A stretch of 63,213 nt of DNA, the filler included, from Octopus bimaculoides (Eukaryota): assembly GCF_001194135.2 (NCBI RefSeq). It is 11 parts of 8 records of this genome, joined end to end, with 100 filler letters (N's around TTAATTAATTAA, not from the genome) between each part and the next. Parts side by side here need not be neighbours in the genome. Positions count along the whole stretch, not along the records: positions 37,048 to 45,447 come from NC_068984.1; positions 45,548 to 47,158 come from NC_068989.1; positions 47,259 to 51,519 come from NW_026343915.1; 8 more parts are not named here. One strand, 5' to 3'. Position 1 is the stretch's first letter. Each line of letters begins with the position of its first letter. The position numbers and the translations under genes were made by a program. Positions 37,293 through 50,762 of this stretch are shown in pieces. The notes under the pieces are model-generated. The model made no database searches and was not told the DNA's origin. It was given only the letters and a program-made list of their open reading frames with translations.

Positions 37293-38167
37293 TTAGTTTT
37301 ATTTCTAGATTTCTGGCCAATGGAGACAGCCGGTTTTTGACCTAGATCTAATGTTCCAATAACATCAACAGGGTATTGGTGCATGTTTGTGTGCATATGT
37401 GCAAGTATTCGAAGTCAGTGCATGTACAGGTCTGTAAGTTTTGTTTAATGTATGTAAACTCATGCATATAGTTGCACATTTATACGTGCATATGTACTTA
37501 AATGTTAATTTGAGGCGGGGAGGGTTTCACGTATATTTACAGTTCCATTCATGGCTTGTATTTGTAATATCCAAATTAGCTTTCTCTTTTCTGGTTTTGG
37601 TAACTGTAATTTGTCAAGACTGGTGCTGAGGCATTTTGTTACATATCCTAAAGGCTAGTAAATAAGCTATGTATGTATGTATGTATGTATGTATGTATGT
37701 ATGTATGTATGTATGTATGTATGTATGTATGGATGGATGGAGGGAGGGAGTGGGGTCTAAAGAGACATTTTATACATGCACAAAAAGCACAACGAAATAA
37801 CAGATTCAGAACTGAGACACGTTTGCAATATTTGTGGAAAGTTTTTTTTATGAGTCTCCGGGCTCAAAAGCCATATCTTTTCCCACTTGAGGAGCTAACG
37901 CTATATTTGTGCTTGACGTGGTCAAGCTTTGTTTCAAAGCAGACTGGTTTCATGTACATATGTATGTGAGCATGTGTGCATGCATGCATTATGCATGCAT
38001 GTATGAACGTGAGCATGTGTGCATACATGCATGTATGTACGCATGCGTGCATGTATGTATGTATGTATGTATGTATGTATTTATGTTCTGTCTCCAAGAC
38101 AGAACGCAGATAAAAATACCTAATTTCACTCTTTATCGAGATGTGTATGAGCACTCAAAATATAACT

Positions 38168-38213
<46 letters not shown>

Positions 38214-38249
38214 GCGATTGTGCGTGCATGTTGTTGTTGTTGTTGTTGT

Positions 38250-38625
38250 TGTTGGCACTCCGTCGCTTACGACGTCGAAGGTTCCAGTTGATCTGATCAA
38301 TGGAACAGCCTGCTCGTGAAATTAACGTGCAAGTGGTTGAGACACGTGTACCCTTAACGTAGTTCTAGGAGATATTCAGCGTGACACAGTGTGACAAGGC
38401 TGACCCTTTGAATTACAGGCACAACACAAACAGGAAGTAAGAGTGAGAGAAAGTTGTGGTGAAAGAGTACAGCAGGGTTCGCCACCATCCCCTGCCGGAG
38501 CCTCGTGGAGCTTTAGGCGCTTTCGCTCAATAAACACTCACAACACCCGGTCTGGGAATCGAAACTGCGATCCTATGACCGCGAGTCCGCTGCCCTAACC
38601 ACTGGGCCACTGCGCCTCCACTGCG
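38250..38625 (-). mobile_element. Near full-length tRNA-derived SINE
   Basis: Minus-strand head ggaggcgcagtggcccagtggttaggg...gtttcgattccc, the shared central domain, and a (CAA)n tail. Confidence 0.85.
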
Positions 38626-38711
38626 TGCATGTACATAAGCACATACACACACGCGTCAACACACATGACTGATAAAAGTAAACGATACTTCAGTTTTCAA
38701 GATACAGCTAA

Positions 38712-38897
38712 GACTCTACTCCCTAGAGCGAAGGCGGGAGAGGTATGTAGTAATATACATTTGGAAGATCCTGGAAGGAATTGTGCCAAATGTTGGCATT
38801 GAAAGCTACATCAATGCCAGAACGGGTCGACACTGCATAGTGCAAAAGATCCCAGCAATGCCATCGCGCTTCAGGACCAGTTACTGCAACAGCCTGG
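38712..38897 (+). mobile_element. CR1/L2/Jockey-group LINE C-terminal fragment
   Basis: LYSLERRRERYVVIYIWKILEGIVPNVGI..NARTGRHC is the typical L.SL..RR.R...I..WKI..G post-RT motif. Runs into a gap. Confidence 0.75.
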
Positions 38898-39777
38898 NNN
38901 NNNNNNNNNNNNNNNNNNNNNNNNNNNNNNNNNNNNNNNNNNNNNNNNNNNNNNNNNNNNNNNNNNNNNNNNNNNNNNNNNNNNNNNNNNNNNNNNNNNN
39001 NNNNNNNNNNNNNNNNNNNNNNNNNNNNNNNNNNNNNNNNNNNNNNNNNNNNNNNNNNNNNNNNNNNNNNNNNNNNNNNNNNNNNNNNNATGTATATCGG
39101 CTGAATGGACGTCAGTGATTGGTTGAAATTACAGAAATACGACAACTTTAACATGGAATAATTTATGGATTTCTGTTTTTTTTTAAGAAGACTAAGAGAA
39201 AAAGATGTTTTATATGACACATTCTACCAGTGTTCCAAGTTTCAAAGTGTTTCGTTAATGAAAAATGTGGCCCCCGTTTTAAAAAAGATCCAAAGGAAGA
39301 TCTCAGTAATAAAAGTGTAGCAAAACGGCGGTGCTCCAGCATGGCCACAGCTATGAGCAGAAGCTCCAAAAAAGTTCGGACTGGTTGTTATTGTAGGGGA
39401 AAGGGCTTGTGTTACTGCACATTAGTCAAAACTTTTTATTGACACAACATTGTTTTCACTAAAATCGCGGGTCACCAAAGCAGAAACAGAGATATTGAAT
39501 TTCAGTATTACACACACACTCACTCACACACACGCACGCGCGCACGCGCGCACACACACACATCGAGTTGTCATGCGAAACGAGTATAGAAATTGTATAT
39601 TTAAGCATAAACTACTGGAGAAGAAAGTGTATATAATTGTATAGGCGTGTTAGTCGTAGGTCAGTGAAGAGTGTTTAAAATTCAGTGTGCGCTGAAAGAG
39701 AATGATGAAAATCTACATTAGGAGAAAGAATAAAGCGGAGAAGAGCGTGTTTTTATTATAGGTCAGCGGTCTAAGTA

Positions 39778-39811
<34 letters not shown>

Positions 39812-40775
39812 ACGCGTACATATGCAAACATAATACCCTACTAGGAGAGAAAGAACTATTTTGTTGATGTAGATGCAGTAAAACAAGTTTGGAGAAAGTA
39901 ACCAGGTGTCAGTAACATACTTTGTGTGTGTGTGTGTGTGTGTGTTTGTGCCTGTGTTCCTGTGTGTGTGTGCCTGTCTGTCTGTATGTATGTATGTATG
40001 TGCGAGCGCACGTGTCAGTGTGTGTGTGTTTGTTTTACTTTTTGAAAAGGAGAGTCGTTCGTTAAGGCCTGTGAATGAAGTGGTGCCGAGTGTGAAGAGA
40101 AATGCAGACTGAATTGTGATATGGCAGAATTGTTAGCACGCTGGGCAAAATGCTTAGCGACATTGCGTTCGTCTTTACGTTCTGAGTTCAAATTCCGCCG
40201 AGGTCGACTTTACTTCTCATCCTTTCGAGGGTCAATAAAATAAGTACCTTCTCCCGAAATTGCAGGACTTGTGCCAAAAAATTTGAAATCATTATTTGTA
40301 GGTGTAAGACGGTTAGCTGGCAGAAACGTTAACAGGTCAGACAAAATACTTAGCGGCATTTCTTTCGGCTTTTTACGTTTTGAGTTCGAATTCCGCCAAG
40401 ATCGGCTTTGCCTTTTATCCTTTCGGGCTCGATAAAATGAATACCAATCAAGTACTGGAGTCGATATAATTTGACTTACCCCATCTCCCAAAATTGCTGG
40501 GTTTTAGTTAAAATTTGAGACTAATATTATCCGTGAGTATGATAAACGACTTTCACTGTATGTGTGCGCACATCTATTGGTGTGAGCAGTTTGCCTTTTC
40601 AACAATATTTTTTTCACTCTTTAGTTACCCATGTCATTAGTTGTTACTGAAACATGAAATTCATGAATGTAGAATACAATTAGGTATATTATAACTAATG
40701 AAATATTTCGTGTAATATTAGAAAAAGAAATTTAAAAATGGTATGAGTCACAGCGCCTTTTTTTTTGTGTAGGAC

Positions 40776-42550
40776 AACCTCACCCCCTCCTAAGAAAATA
40801 ACCCCTGAGAACAAAACGTCCTTAGGGCAAGAAAAAGAAGAAAAAAAGAAAATCTTAAATCATGATTTTTATTTTTATAATTAGTCGTATGTGTAATATA
40901 TTACTTATGTAACCTCAATCACAAAAATTAGCTTTATTAAAAGAGCATTTATATAATGCTCATCTTTGAAAAATTAAAACAAACACAATATTGAAAACCT
41001 CATTAAATGTTGAGGTTCATTTTGCTACAACTTCATGCTATGCCCTACGCCATTCAGAAATTCCTCCACGGTCTTCCTCTCATTCATATTGTCCAGACAT
41101 AGGTTCTTCAAACGTTGTTGATGCTCCTCTGTGACACGTTTGACTCGTTTTCTTGGAAGCTCACCACGAGAATTCTTCATCACAGCTGTTGACACAAGAT
41201 CTTGATCCATTCTAATACTTTCAATGGCCTTCCAGATGATCTGGTGGTCATGCCCCACAAGATCATGGAAAGAAAAGTTCCAACTCTCGCATAGGTTGTT
41301 GGTGCGACCCTCATTATCGATGGTTGCCTGATGGACATTTCCATAACTGTGACGGAAACAGGGGAGGAATACTGCTCATGCACACCGTAGGAATTATTCC
41401 ATCAGGAAGAGCTGGTGGATGAATGCGACGATAAGTGCCGAACATAGGTGCTACCGAAATAATCCACTAAATCTTCTAGTCCTTCAACATCAGATATATT
41501 CTCCATCAGACAACCCATCCCACTGGTCACTTTGTCTATAGGGAGAAAGGTCAGTTCATCCAATATTCCACAAAAATGTTCCACGCGATCATCACTCTTG
41601 TATGCAATAATCAGTCCTAAACTTTGCACCTTTTTCCATGTACTTTGTGTCAAATGGTAGAAACAGCCACGCGATGACACATGTGGTCGCTTAAGTGGAG
41701 AAACAGCATTGATAATTTGCACGTTCAAAATCAGTCATCACATTGGTAGGATCAAGATTGAATCCCAAATGATTACATTTATCCAAGATTACCCCGAGGG
41801 GTCCTTCAAGGGCGGATCGTGACTTCGCAAACAGAAAAGCATACAGACATGTTACAAACTAATTTCTATTTAAGAACTTTTCTAGTTCGAGCAGGATTTT
41901 TCCCATTCTTTCATCTTTATTGTATTTTCTTTTAAGATACAAATTCAAATACATACGTTTGAAAATATGAATTGCTTGTTCCATATTGGTGATGTAATTT
42001 TCTTTTTATATGTAACCATAACAATTCAATATTTTTTGATAAATTATATTTATCAATGTTTCCTTTCTCTGGCTTTCACCTTGAACTAAAAAGCTTTTCT
42101 TTTCTTTTTTTTTCTTTTCTTTTTTTTTTTTTTGCTNNNNNNNNNNTTTTCTTTTCTTTTTTTTTCTTTTCTTTTTTTTTTTGCTTGTCTCTATAAAGCC
42201 ATTGAGGACAAAACCTCATTAGGACAAAAAAAAAAATAGTTGCGTTGTTATATTTTTAAGGGAGATATGTTTTTATCTATACATGATGAATTACGCTGCT
42301 CAAGTAGGCAAAACCATGATCACGTGGAGTAAACAAATACAAAGAAAGATTATATTTCTCACGATAACTTCAGCAATAAATTACTTAGATTATATTTTTT
42401 CTTCTAATTTTAATGGTATTAAATGATATTAAAGTTTGAAAACAGAGAAAATGTAACTGAGGGAGTTTTGTCCTATTTTACACTTTGACTTAGAGGGTTT
42501 TATTCTAGGGAGTTTTGTTCTGGAGGTGGGGGTTGTCCGAGGACCCCCTT
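40776..42550 (-). mobile_element. MULE (Mutator-like) DNA transposon, decayed
   Basis: Transposase pieces GCFYHLTQSTWKKVQSLGL..Y..DD.V..FCG.LD.L.FLP and WNVHQATI..EGRTNNLCESWN.SF..LVGH.H..IWKAI. Related terminal repeats ggacaacc(t/c)cacc..., inverted, lie at about 40780 and 42540. Confidence 0.8.
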
Positions 42551-42951
42551 TTTTAAGTGCTCGCTCTCTCTAACTTTAAAAGCTGGCTATGTCTCTGGGT
42601 ATGAGCGAATGATAGGCGGTTATCAAGAATATTCAATTTCTTTTCACTTTTAGTATCTATAAATAAATATTATGGAAGATTGTCAACTACACATTCCTCT
42701 ACCTTTTCCCCGTCATAACAACTCTCACTGCTAATACCATCACCACTGCTGCCGCCGCAGCTACTACAACTAGTACTACTACTACTACTACTACCACCAC
42801 CACCACCACCACTACTTGCATCATCAACAAAATTAGATCAAATAAAACTTATTCGATAAAAAGAATTTCTGCGGAAAACGTTTTTTAATTTTTTTTTTTT
42901 TTACGGAAATGTTTTGAATTCTTTAATCGTTGTCTAATGGGACTTACAAAT

Positions 42952-42986
<35 letters not shown>

Positions 42987-44371
42987 CACATACATATGTA
43001 TGTATACATGCATGCATACTGCATGCATGCACACATGCATACATTCATATATGCATATACACATGCATACATATATACACACAAGCATATACGCACATGT
43101 ATACATTACGCATTCATTCATACTAAATATGTAAGCAACGTATTCACGAATATGGGAACATATATAATGTAAATATGCAATTACATACACATGCAGGGCC
43201 GGCACTGGGAAGTGCAGGGCCCAATTAGAAAATTGTCAGTAGGGCCTTCGACTCAGCAAAAGCTGAAGATTGATAATTTATGCTTCATGTAATATGCCTG
43301 TCCCACCTAAAAAGCGTTGAGGGCTTGAGACTCCACCATTGGCCAAAATGATATACTAAAAATTCATCATAGCGTCCTCCGCTCCAGTGTATGTATGGAG
43401 CACTCTCTTGGTGCGGAGCACAAATCAATTTCTCCCATTACAAGTGGTGACCCTCAACTTCAACCAAAAACTTAACCGTTACACACACACACACACNNNN
43501 NNNNNNNNNNNNNNNNNNNNNNNNNNNNNNNNNNNNNNNNNNNNNNNNNNNNNNNNNNNNNNNNNNNNNNNNNNNNNNNNNNNNNNNNNNNNNNNNTAAC
43601 CATTGGAGATTGCAATTATGCAATCTGACTTTTATAGTTTCTTCTTGAAAATTATTTTTTCTTGCTACTCATTAAGATATCTCAAACTTTCACCATTACT
43701 TTCATTATAAAAAGTAATAGATACCTTCATTATTGAAATATATTTTAATTATATGGTTTGACAATGACAGGCCAAATTGTGAAGATATGTACTTTTTTTT
43801 TTTTTTGTATGCAGGATAACTAATGTGTCAAGATCAGTTCTGTACTAATGCTTCAATACATATTACTGGGGTATTTGGCTAGGCTAGGAAAGGTTTTAGA
43901 CAAAAAAAAAATACGTATCAAATAGTGCTAAATATAAATCCGAAGAAATTGCAATTTTTATGCATTAAAGAATTTCCGACGCTATTGTATATGGTTACCT
44001 ACGCAAATATGCAAGCACTTCAAAAATAAACACTCCTCGCTATATTATTTCATTTGTGCGCACACTACTTCAAACTCGTTTATTGTAGTATTAGTTTTCA
44101 TTTCAGATTACAATATATTATTTATGACACGAACACCAGAAGCAAAAGAGTCTCTTTTTTTTTTTTTACTTGTTGCAGTAATTTGACTGTAGCCGTACTG
44201 GGGCGCCACCTTGAGGAATTTTTAGTCGAATGAATTGTCCCCAGTACTTATTTTATCGATATCTTTTGCCGAACCGCTAGGTTACGAGGACGTACACACA
44301 CCAACACCGGCTGTCAAGCGGTGTTGGGGGCATAAACACACACACACACAAAAGCCCGTCGTGTATATATG

Positions 44372-44980
44372 TACTACAATAATACACTTGTGCTTTTTTC
44401 CGTCATAACGTATGAATGAGAAAGGAAGGGACGATAGAAGAAGAAGGAAGGAAGGGGTGATGGCAAACTTTGTAGTGGGATGATGGAAATTCTAAGCTGA
44501 AAAAAAAATCAAACAGCGTTTCAACTCTATATGAGTATATGTGCGTGTATGTAAAAGGGAGCTATGTGAATGTGTGTGCGCGCGCGCGTGCAATGGAAGT
44601 AAGATGGTGAACATTCAACGCCGAAAAGAAAAAATCAAACAGCGTTTCAACTCTGTGTGAATATATGTGTGTATGTTTGTGCGTGTACAAGGGAAGTATG
44701 TGAGCGTTTATATGTGTGAACCAGCGTTCTTTCAATAACAAACGATGATCGATGTCACATCTCAAAATACAAACACTAGATAACAGTGAGAAGTGTATTA
44801 ATTTGAATTACCATCCATATTCTATCTTTTGTCTTTATATATAAAATACTACAATTAGCCGTCATTTTTGACGGCACGGGGCCAGCTAGGCTACTATAAT
44901 AATAGTCTTGTGTTTTTCTCCGTCACAACATACGAATGAGAAAGGAAGGGACGATAGATGAATAAGGAAGGAATGGGTGA
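44372..44980 (+). mobile_element. Non-autonomous Helitron-like element, head-to-tail pair
   Basis: Hairpin gccgtca-tttt-tgacggc (44858-44875) followed by CTAG (44886-44889). A second copy of the 44372 start (tacta(c/t)aataat...ccgtca(t/c)aac...gagaaaggaagggacgatag) follows immediately. Confidence 0.65.
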
Positions 44981-45447
44981 TGTTCTCAATAATATATCTA
45001 TCCTTCTAGATAGTTATAAAAGCAAGGAAACCCCAAGCAAAATTTAGTTTAGTCACCAGTCGGTGACGACTCAACTAGTTTAGTGACCAGTCGGTGACGA
45101 CTCAACGAGCAGTAGTCACTTGGCGACAACAGAGCGAAGCAACTAGTGACAACTCAATTAGTTAGTGAACGGACATCTAGAGTCATGGACACAAAGACAA
45201 AACGACCAGAGGGAGAAGAAGGTTACAACCAGACAACTATGAGACACAACGCCCCACTCTCTACAACTTTCACTAGCTCACTTTCTTTTCTCTGTAACAT
45301 TACCATATCTCTGACTATTTGCTACTACAAGATCGTGTACACACATATACAGGCCGAAATTAACTTTCTTTACCTTGCATGCTTTACGAACTATGTTATA
45401 CTATTACACTAACCTATCCGTCGTGGTATGGCATTTATTAAAGTAAC
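44981..45447 (+). mobile_element. Possible solo LTR inserted in the second Helitron copy
   Basis: Starts with TG where copy 2 diverges from copy 1. Contains tataaaag and 31-bp tandem repeats (45045-45106), and ends attaaagtaac at a gap (CA end not visible). Confidence 0.35.
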
Positions 45448-45548
45448 NNNNNNNNNNNNNNNNNNNNNNNNNNNNNNNNNNNNNNNNNNNNTTAATTAAT
45501 TAANNNNNNNNNNNNNNNNNNNNNNNNNNNNNNNNNNNNNNNNNNNNG

Positions 45549-46380
45549 ATGGAAGGCAAAGTTGACCTCGGCGGTATTTAAGCCCTGAACGTAAAGAGTC
45601 GGAAGAAACGCCGTTAAGCATTTTTGTTTGATGCTCTAACGATCTTTGGTCTCAAATTTTAGCACAGGGCCAGAAATTTCGGGCATGGGGTGGGGGTAAG
45701 TCGATTACATTAGCCTCATTGCTCAACTGGTACTTATTTTATCGACCCCGAATGGATGAAAGGCAAAGTCAACCTCGGCGGAATTTGAACTCAAAACGTA
45801 AAGACATGCCTCTAAGCATTTTGTCCGGGATACTAACGACTCTGCCAGCTCGCAGCATTTAATAACGGTGTCAGATTTTGGCACAAGGCCAGCAATTTTG
45901 AGGTGGGTGGGGGAAAGTTGATTACATCGACCCCTGTGTTCGTTAGCATACCGGGCGAATCAGGTAAAATGCCGCTAAGCATTTCGCCCGGTTCGCCCGG
46001 TATGCTAACGAATCTGCCAGCTCGTAGCATTTAATAAAGGTTTCAAATTTTGGCACAAGGCCAGCAGTCTTAGGCGGAGAGGGTTAATCGATGCCATCGA
46101 ACCCAATGCTTGACTAGGATTTGATTTTATCGATCTTGGAAGGATAAAAGGTTAAATTTAATCTCGCCGGGATTTGAACTCTGAAAGTAAAGCGCCAAAA
46201 CAAAAGCTGCAAGGCACTTCTTTTCCCCGATGCTCTAACGATTAGGCTAATTCCTGGCATTTCGTGTCTCAACTTGGCACAAGTCCAGAAACTTTAAAAA
46301 AAGAGAGGCGAGTCGACTAAATCAACGCCAGATCGCAGCGACAACAGATGAAAGGCTAAGTCGACTGTGGCGGGAATCGA
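45549..46380. mobile_element. Cluster of about 5-6 SINE fragments, mostly minus strand
   Basis: Repeated gaaaggcaaagtc.acctcggcggaatttgaac and ttttggcacaaggccagca segments. Confidence 0.7.
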
Positions 46381-46401
46381 ACGTAGCTAACATATTGCTG
46401 A

Positions 46402-46437
<36 letters not shown>

Positions 46438-47120
46438 TGATTTTATATCGCCTTTTACTCGAACAAATCGACCCCACGACTTACTCTTTGTAAGCCTGAT
46501 ACTTATTCTATCGGTCTCTTTTGCTGAACCGCTAATTTACGGAGACGTAGCACACCAACATCTGTTGTCAAGTGACGATAGGGGAAGGGGGTAGAACAAA
46601 CAACAAAGACACCCCCCACGCGCACACACACACACACATATCTATATACAACGGGCTTCATTCAGTTTCCGTCTACCAAATCTACTCAAAAGGCTTTGGT
46701 CGGTCCGTGTCTATCTATAAGAGAAGACACTTGCTCAAAGTGTAACATAGTTGAATTGATCCTGGAACCATGTTATTGGGAAGCAAAGCTTCTTACCACT
46801 CAGCCACACCTGTATACACACATACACACACTCACAAACATACACACAAACACACACAGACACAGATACACTGACACAGATACACAGACACACAGAGACA
46901 CATACACGCATATACATATATATACACGTGCACTTACATTTGTATACACTCAGTTATATATAAAGATTATAAATAACTTGTCTGTGAGTATATGATGTCA
47001 CTCTTTCCTCCTCTCCCACCACGCACAAACACACACACACCACTCACACACACACACACACATATATGGATATACATATGTATAAGTATATATATTTACA
47101 TACATGTGTGTGTATATATA

Positions 47121-47151
<31 letters not shown>

Positions 47152-47509
47152 CTACCTANNNNNNNNNNNNNNNNNNNNNNNNNNNNNNNNNNNNNNNNNN
47201 NNTTAATTAATTAANNNNNNNNNNNNNNNNNNNNNNNNNNNNNNNNNNNNNNNNNNNNCAGATACAGAATCAACGAGGCAGAAAATAGCAAGATAAGACA
47301 GGTAGATGTCAATGGCTGATAGCAGCAGCAGTAACAACAAAACAAAGCAACAATAATATTAGCTTCAGATTGTGGCACAAGGCCAGCAATTTCAGAGGTA
47401 GAGGAGCAAGTCGATTTCATCGACCGCCACTATTCAACTGGTACTTTTATCTTACCGCGGAAACAAAAAAAGAAGAAAATAACAGTAATAATAAAGAAAC
47501 TTCACTTAC

Positions 47510-47804
47510 TTCTGTAGAAGGAAATCTCGCTCATGTCATTCGTGCTGACGACTGTCATCATATTTTGCGGTGAGTAATTCTTACAAACATGGCTGACTTT
47601 GTTGTAAGTGAAAAATTNNNNNNNNNNNNNNNNNNNNNNNNNNNNNNNNNNNNNNNNNNNNNNNNNNNNNNNNNNNNNNNNNNNNNNNNNNNNNNNNNNN
47701 NNNNNNNNNNNNNNNNNNNNNNNNNNNNNTTTGTAGTAGCCGTCAAGTTCCTGATTTGAGGTAACAACCAGAAATATTGTAAGGGTTAACAGCAGCACTT
47801 CCAT
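47510..47804 (-). CDS. Probable first coding exon of a secreted protein: signal peptide plus PAN/apple-like domain (partly in gap)
   Basis: Strong acceptor ctttcccccttctgtctacttctAG at 47855. MEVLLLTLTIFLVVTS-NQELDGYYK, a 112-N gap, then FFTYNKVSHVCKNYSPQNMMTVVSTNDMSEISFYR a | GTaagt. FTYN....C..YS and the terminal FY resemble the PAN C-terminal half; the gap length preserves frame. Confidence 0.5.
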
Positions 47805-50762
47805 TGTAGCTAGACGGGTAAAAGGAAACTGGAACATTCTTGGGTTTATGGTTGCTAGAAGTAGACAGAAGGGGGAAAGAAATGGCATGAAAGAGAGAAA
47901 AAAATGGGGTAGGGGTGAGATATGAGGAGATTTAGCAATGGAACAAGATGAATTTTAATATATANNNNNNNNNNAGAGAGAATGAAGAAGAGAAAGACAG
48001 ACAAAGGTGAAAGGGGTCAGAGAGTAACAGAGAGATATCCTGAAAAATAAGTGAGAGATACGGTAAGAAGATGGAAAGTATTTACGGGTGAGAGGAAGGG
48101 TGTTTGGAAAAGAAAACGAGAAGGAATAAATTACAATTTAGAATATAAAAGAATTAAATAAAATACGGTTATTAGTAAAGACGCAGGTTCTGGGAATGAA
48201 TTTATATCGCATTCGGTATGGGGTCCTGGCTGGAGATTTTCAGCGTTTTGAAGAGGATGGAATCACCTCTTAGCCAGTATTGGTCCCAGGTCTAACCTGG
48301 TCCGGAGTAGAAGTACTTGTCAAGGTCCCCACTATGGGTTAATTAGTAATTCAATCGATCAGATGGAGCTCATCAGCCTGGTAATGGTGGTGGTAGTAGG
48401 GCAACCCATTTTGGAGATGGAAAACTCTGATTCCAAACCTCCGATATCTTGTAGCAATACTCAACCATGGGAAAGTGTTCGGGTGCAAATAGTGAGGAAA
48501 AATCGGGAATCGGAGACCCTGAGGCAGTTCAATGTTGTCTACAACTTTACTCGTGCAAACCCTGCGATGACGCTGATACGAAATTGTAACGTTCCTTGCT
48601 GTTCCTTTGGGCCCATCAATAACGCCGACAGCAGCGACACACTACATGGGCAACAACCGGCCCTCCANNNNNNNNNNNNNNGGCTTGGGCTATATTTAAC
48701 ACACTGTACTAGTGAGAAGAATCGGACAACACCCCGGAGGGGAAGAATATTTCATTACAACTCAAACAACATAGAAACAGCCAACAAATGCAGCTTACGT
48801 GCCAAAGGCTGCCATTTGCGCCTAGGATTGTTCAGGCACAGACAACGATGTTACAATAGGGCAGGAAGTTACGGCCTTCATCCATGGTCATTAGTGAGAA
48901 ACTGAGGTGCAGGCTCAGCTGTTGGGTTAAGAAACTTGCATTGCAACCATGTAGTTTCGGGTTCAATCTTCTACTATTGCACCAAGCTGATCAATACTTC
49001 GTGAGTGAATTTGGTAGACGGAAAACGTGTTGTATTTTTCTATGTGGTGTTTGTGAGTGCAACTGTCTTCTCGTTGGAACAACAGCAAGGCTTATGTTTG
49101 CAGTTCTATAGTTTTTCACACTCAGTCAACCTTAGTTCAAACGGTCGATTATGAGATGTTAACATATTTTAGCTGTCATATTTTATTAAAGTGGCATCGC
49201 TGCTGAATAAAAGCATACGCCTGGAAGTAAGGGGGCGACTTTTGGTATTAGAACAGCAAATCAGTTGTTTTAAACGTGAGTGGCAGTCAAAGTGATGCCT
49301 TGAAGCTAGTCTATTCTCTTCCCGAAGTATGGAAANNNNNNNNNNTCAAAGTGATGCCTTGAAGCTAGTCTATTCTCTTCCCGAAGTATGGAAAGCCACC
49401 CAGATATCTTTCTGTGTACAGCTCACACATTAGTGTCAGTGGATGACTACAATTTGACCCTAGCTAAAAAATCAGGATTGGAAAGAATTGGTGGTTTGGA
49501 ACATCTGCTCACCCTTTTCTAGCTCACGATACGGTCTGATTGGAGAATCCAGATGCTGTAACATGGATTGTGGGAGAGAACCAGAAACTAAGTGATTTCT
49601 AAGAAAGCGAGCTTTTTAACCACTCAGTCATGCCTGAGTCTGTAATTGAGTTCAAATGCCGGAAATCGAACCTGGTCCTCCTCGGTGAAAACCAGGAATC
49701 CTATATGTGTATGTGCATGTTTGTGTGTNNNNNNNNNNCCTCGGTGAAAACCAGGAATCCTATATGTGTATGTGCATGTTTGTGTGTCTGTCTGTCGTCG
49801 TCTGGGAATCTATTCAGAAAATGGAGTTCATGATACACATACCTATATACATAAATACATAGGCGCAGGAGTGGCTGTGTGGTAAGAAGCTTGCTTCTAT
49901 TTCCGGTCGTCAGTTGTCTTACTGCAGCCATGCAGTGTGGACGTGAGTCTTTTGACTCCGTCCAAGAAAGAAGAACAAAAAGAAAATTTGAAAATTCGCA
50001 CTGAAACAACACGGCTAATTATGGCTCTGTTGTAAATTCCAGTTCATGAAAGAAATTAGTACGGCAACTTAAAAGGTAGGAGAAATTTTGTTTTTGGGGT
50101 ACAGTGGGGCTATGTTATTTTATTGTTATTTTTTACAAATAAGGTATCTCCATTGGCCTCGAAGCATTTTTTTTTCTCCTTTGGTTGCGTTTGTTTTAGT
50201 AAAGAATTATCGGTGGGCATTACCTCGCANNNNNNNNNNNNNNNNNNNTTTGATTTTTCTGAAGACTTTCTGTATTTGGAAGACTTTTTGTAAACGGTCA
50301 TTTGTTGCTTGCTGCAAAGCTCGCGGGGAACATCTGTTTTTATGCCTAAAGTAATTATGGAGTACCTATATTAGATTACCTAGGAATACCAGGAGTTCGA
50401 ATAGGTCAAAATACATTTAATTTAAACAACACGGCGAATTTAGCTGTGTCGCAAATTCAATTTATGAAAAAAGGNNNNNNNNNNNNNNNNNNNNNNNNNN
50501 NNNNNNNNNNNNNNNNNNCAGTATTTGTGAACCAATTATTGGATTACCTATATTGGAGTGTACAGGATTGGTCAGGAATTCAAATACGCCAGAGGACAGA
50601 CATTTAACTGTGAACTTTTTTTTGCAGTTAAAATATGAACAATAGAAAAAATAACACTGCTTTGGTGTNNNNNNNNNNTTTTGCAGTTAAAATATGAACA
50701 ATAGAAAAAATAACACTGCTTTGGTGTGAGAAATTAACCCACCCAAAGAATGTGCAACAGAT

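Noticed and set aside
44040-44110. SLC22-like snippets on - strand: TTINEFEVVC (about 44050), GIAKETFGRQ (about 61480), SDVYG (about 62780)
   Set aside because: Each has nearby in-frame stops or lacks usable splice sites, so they cannot be accepted as the missing 5' exons.
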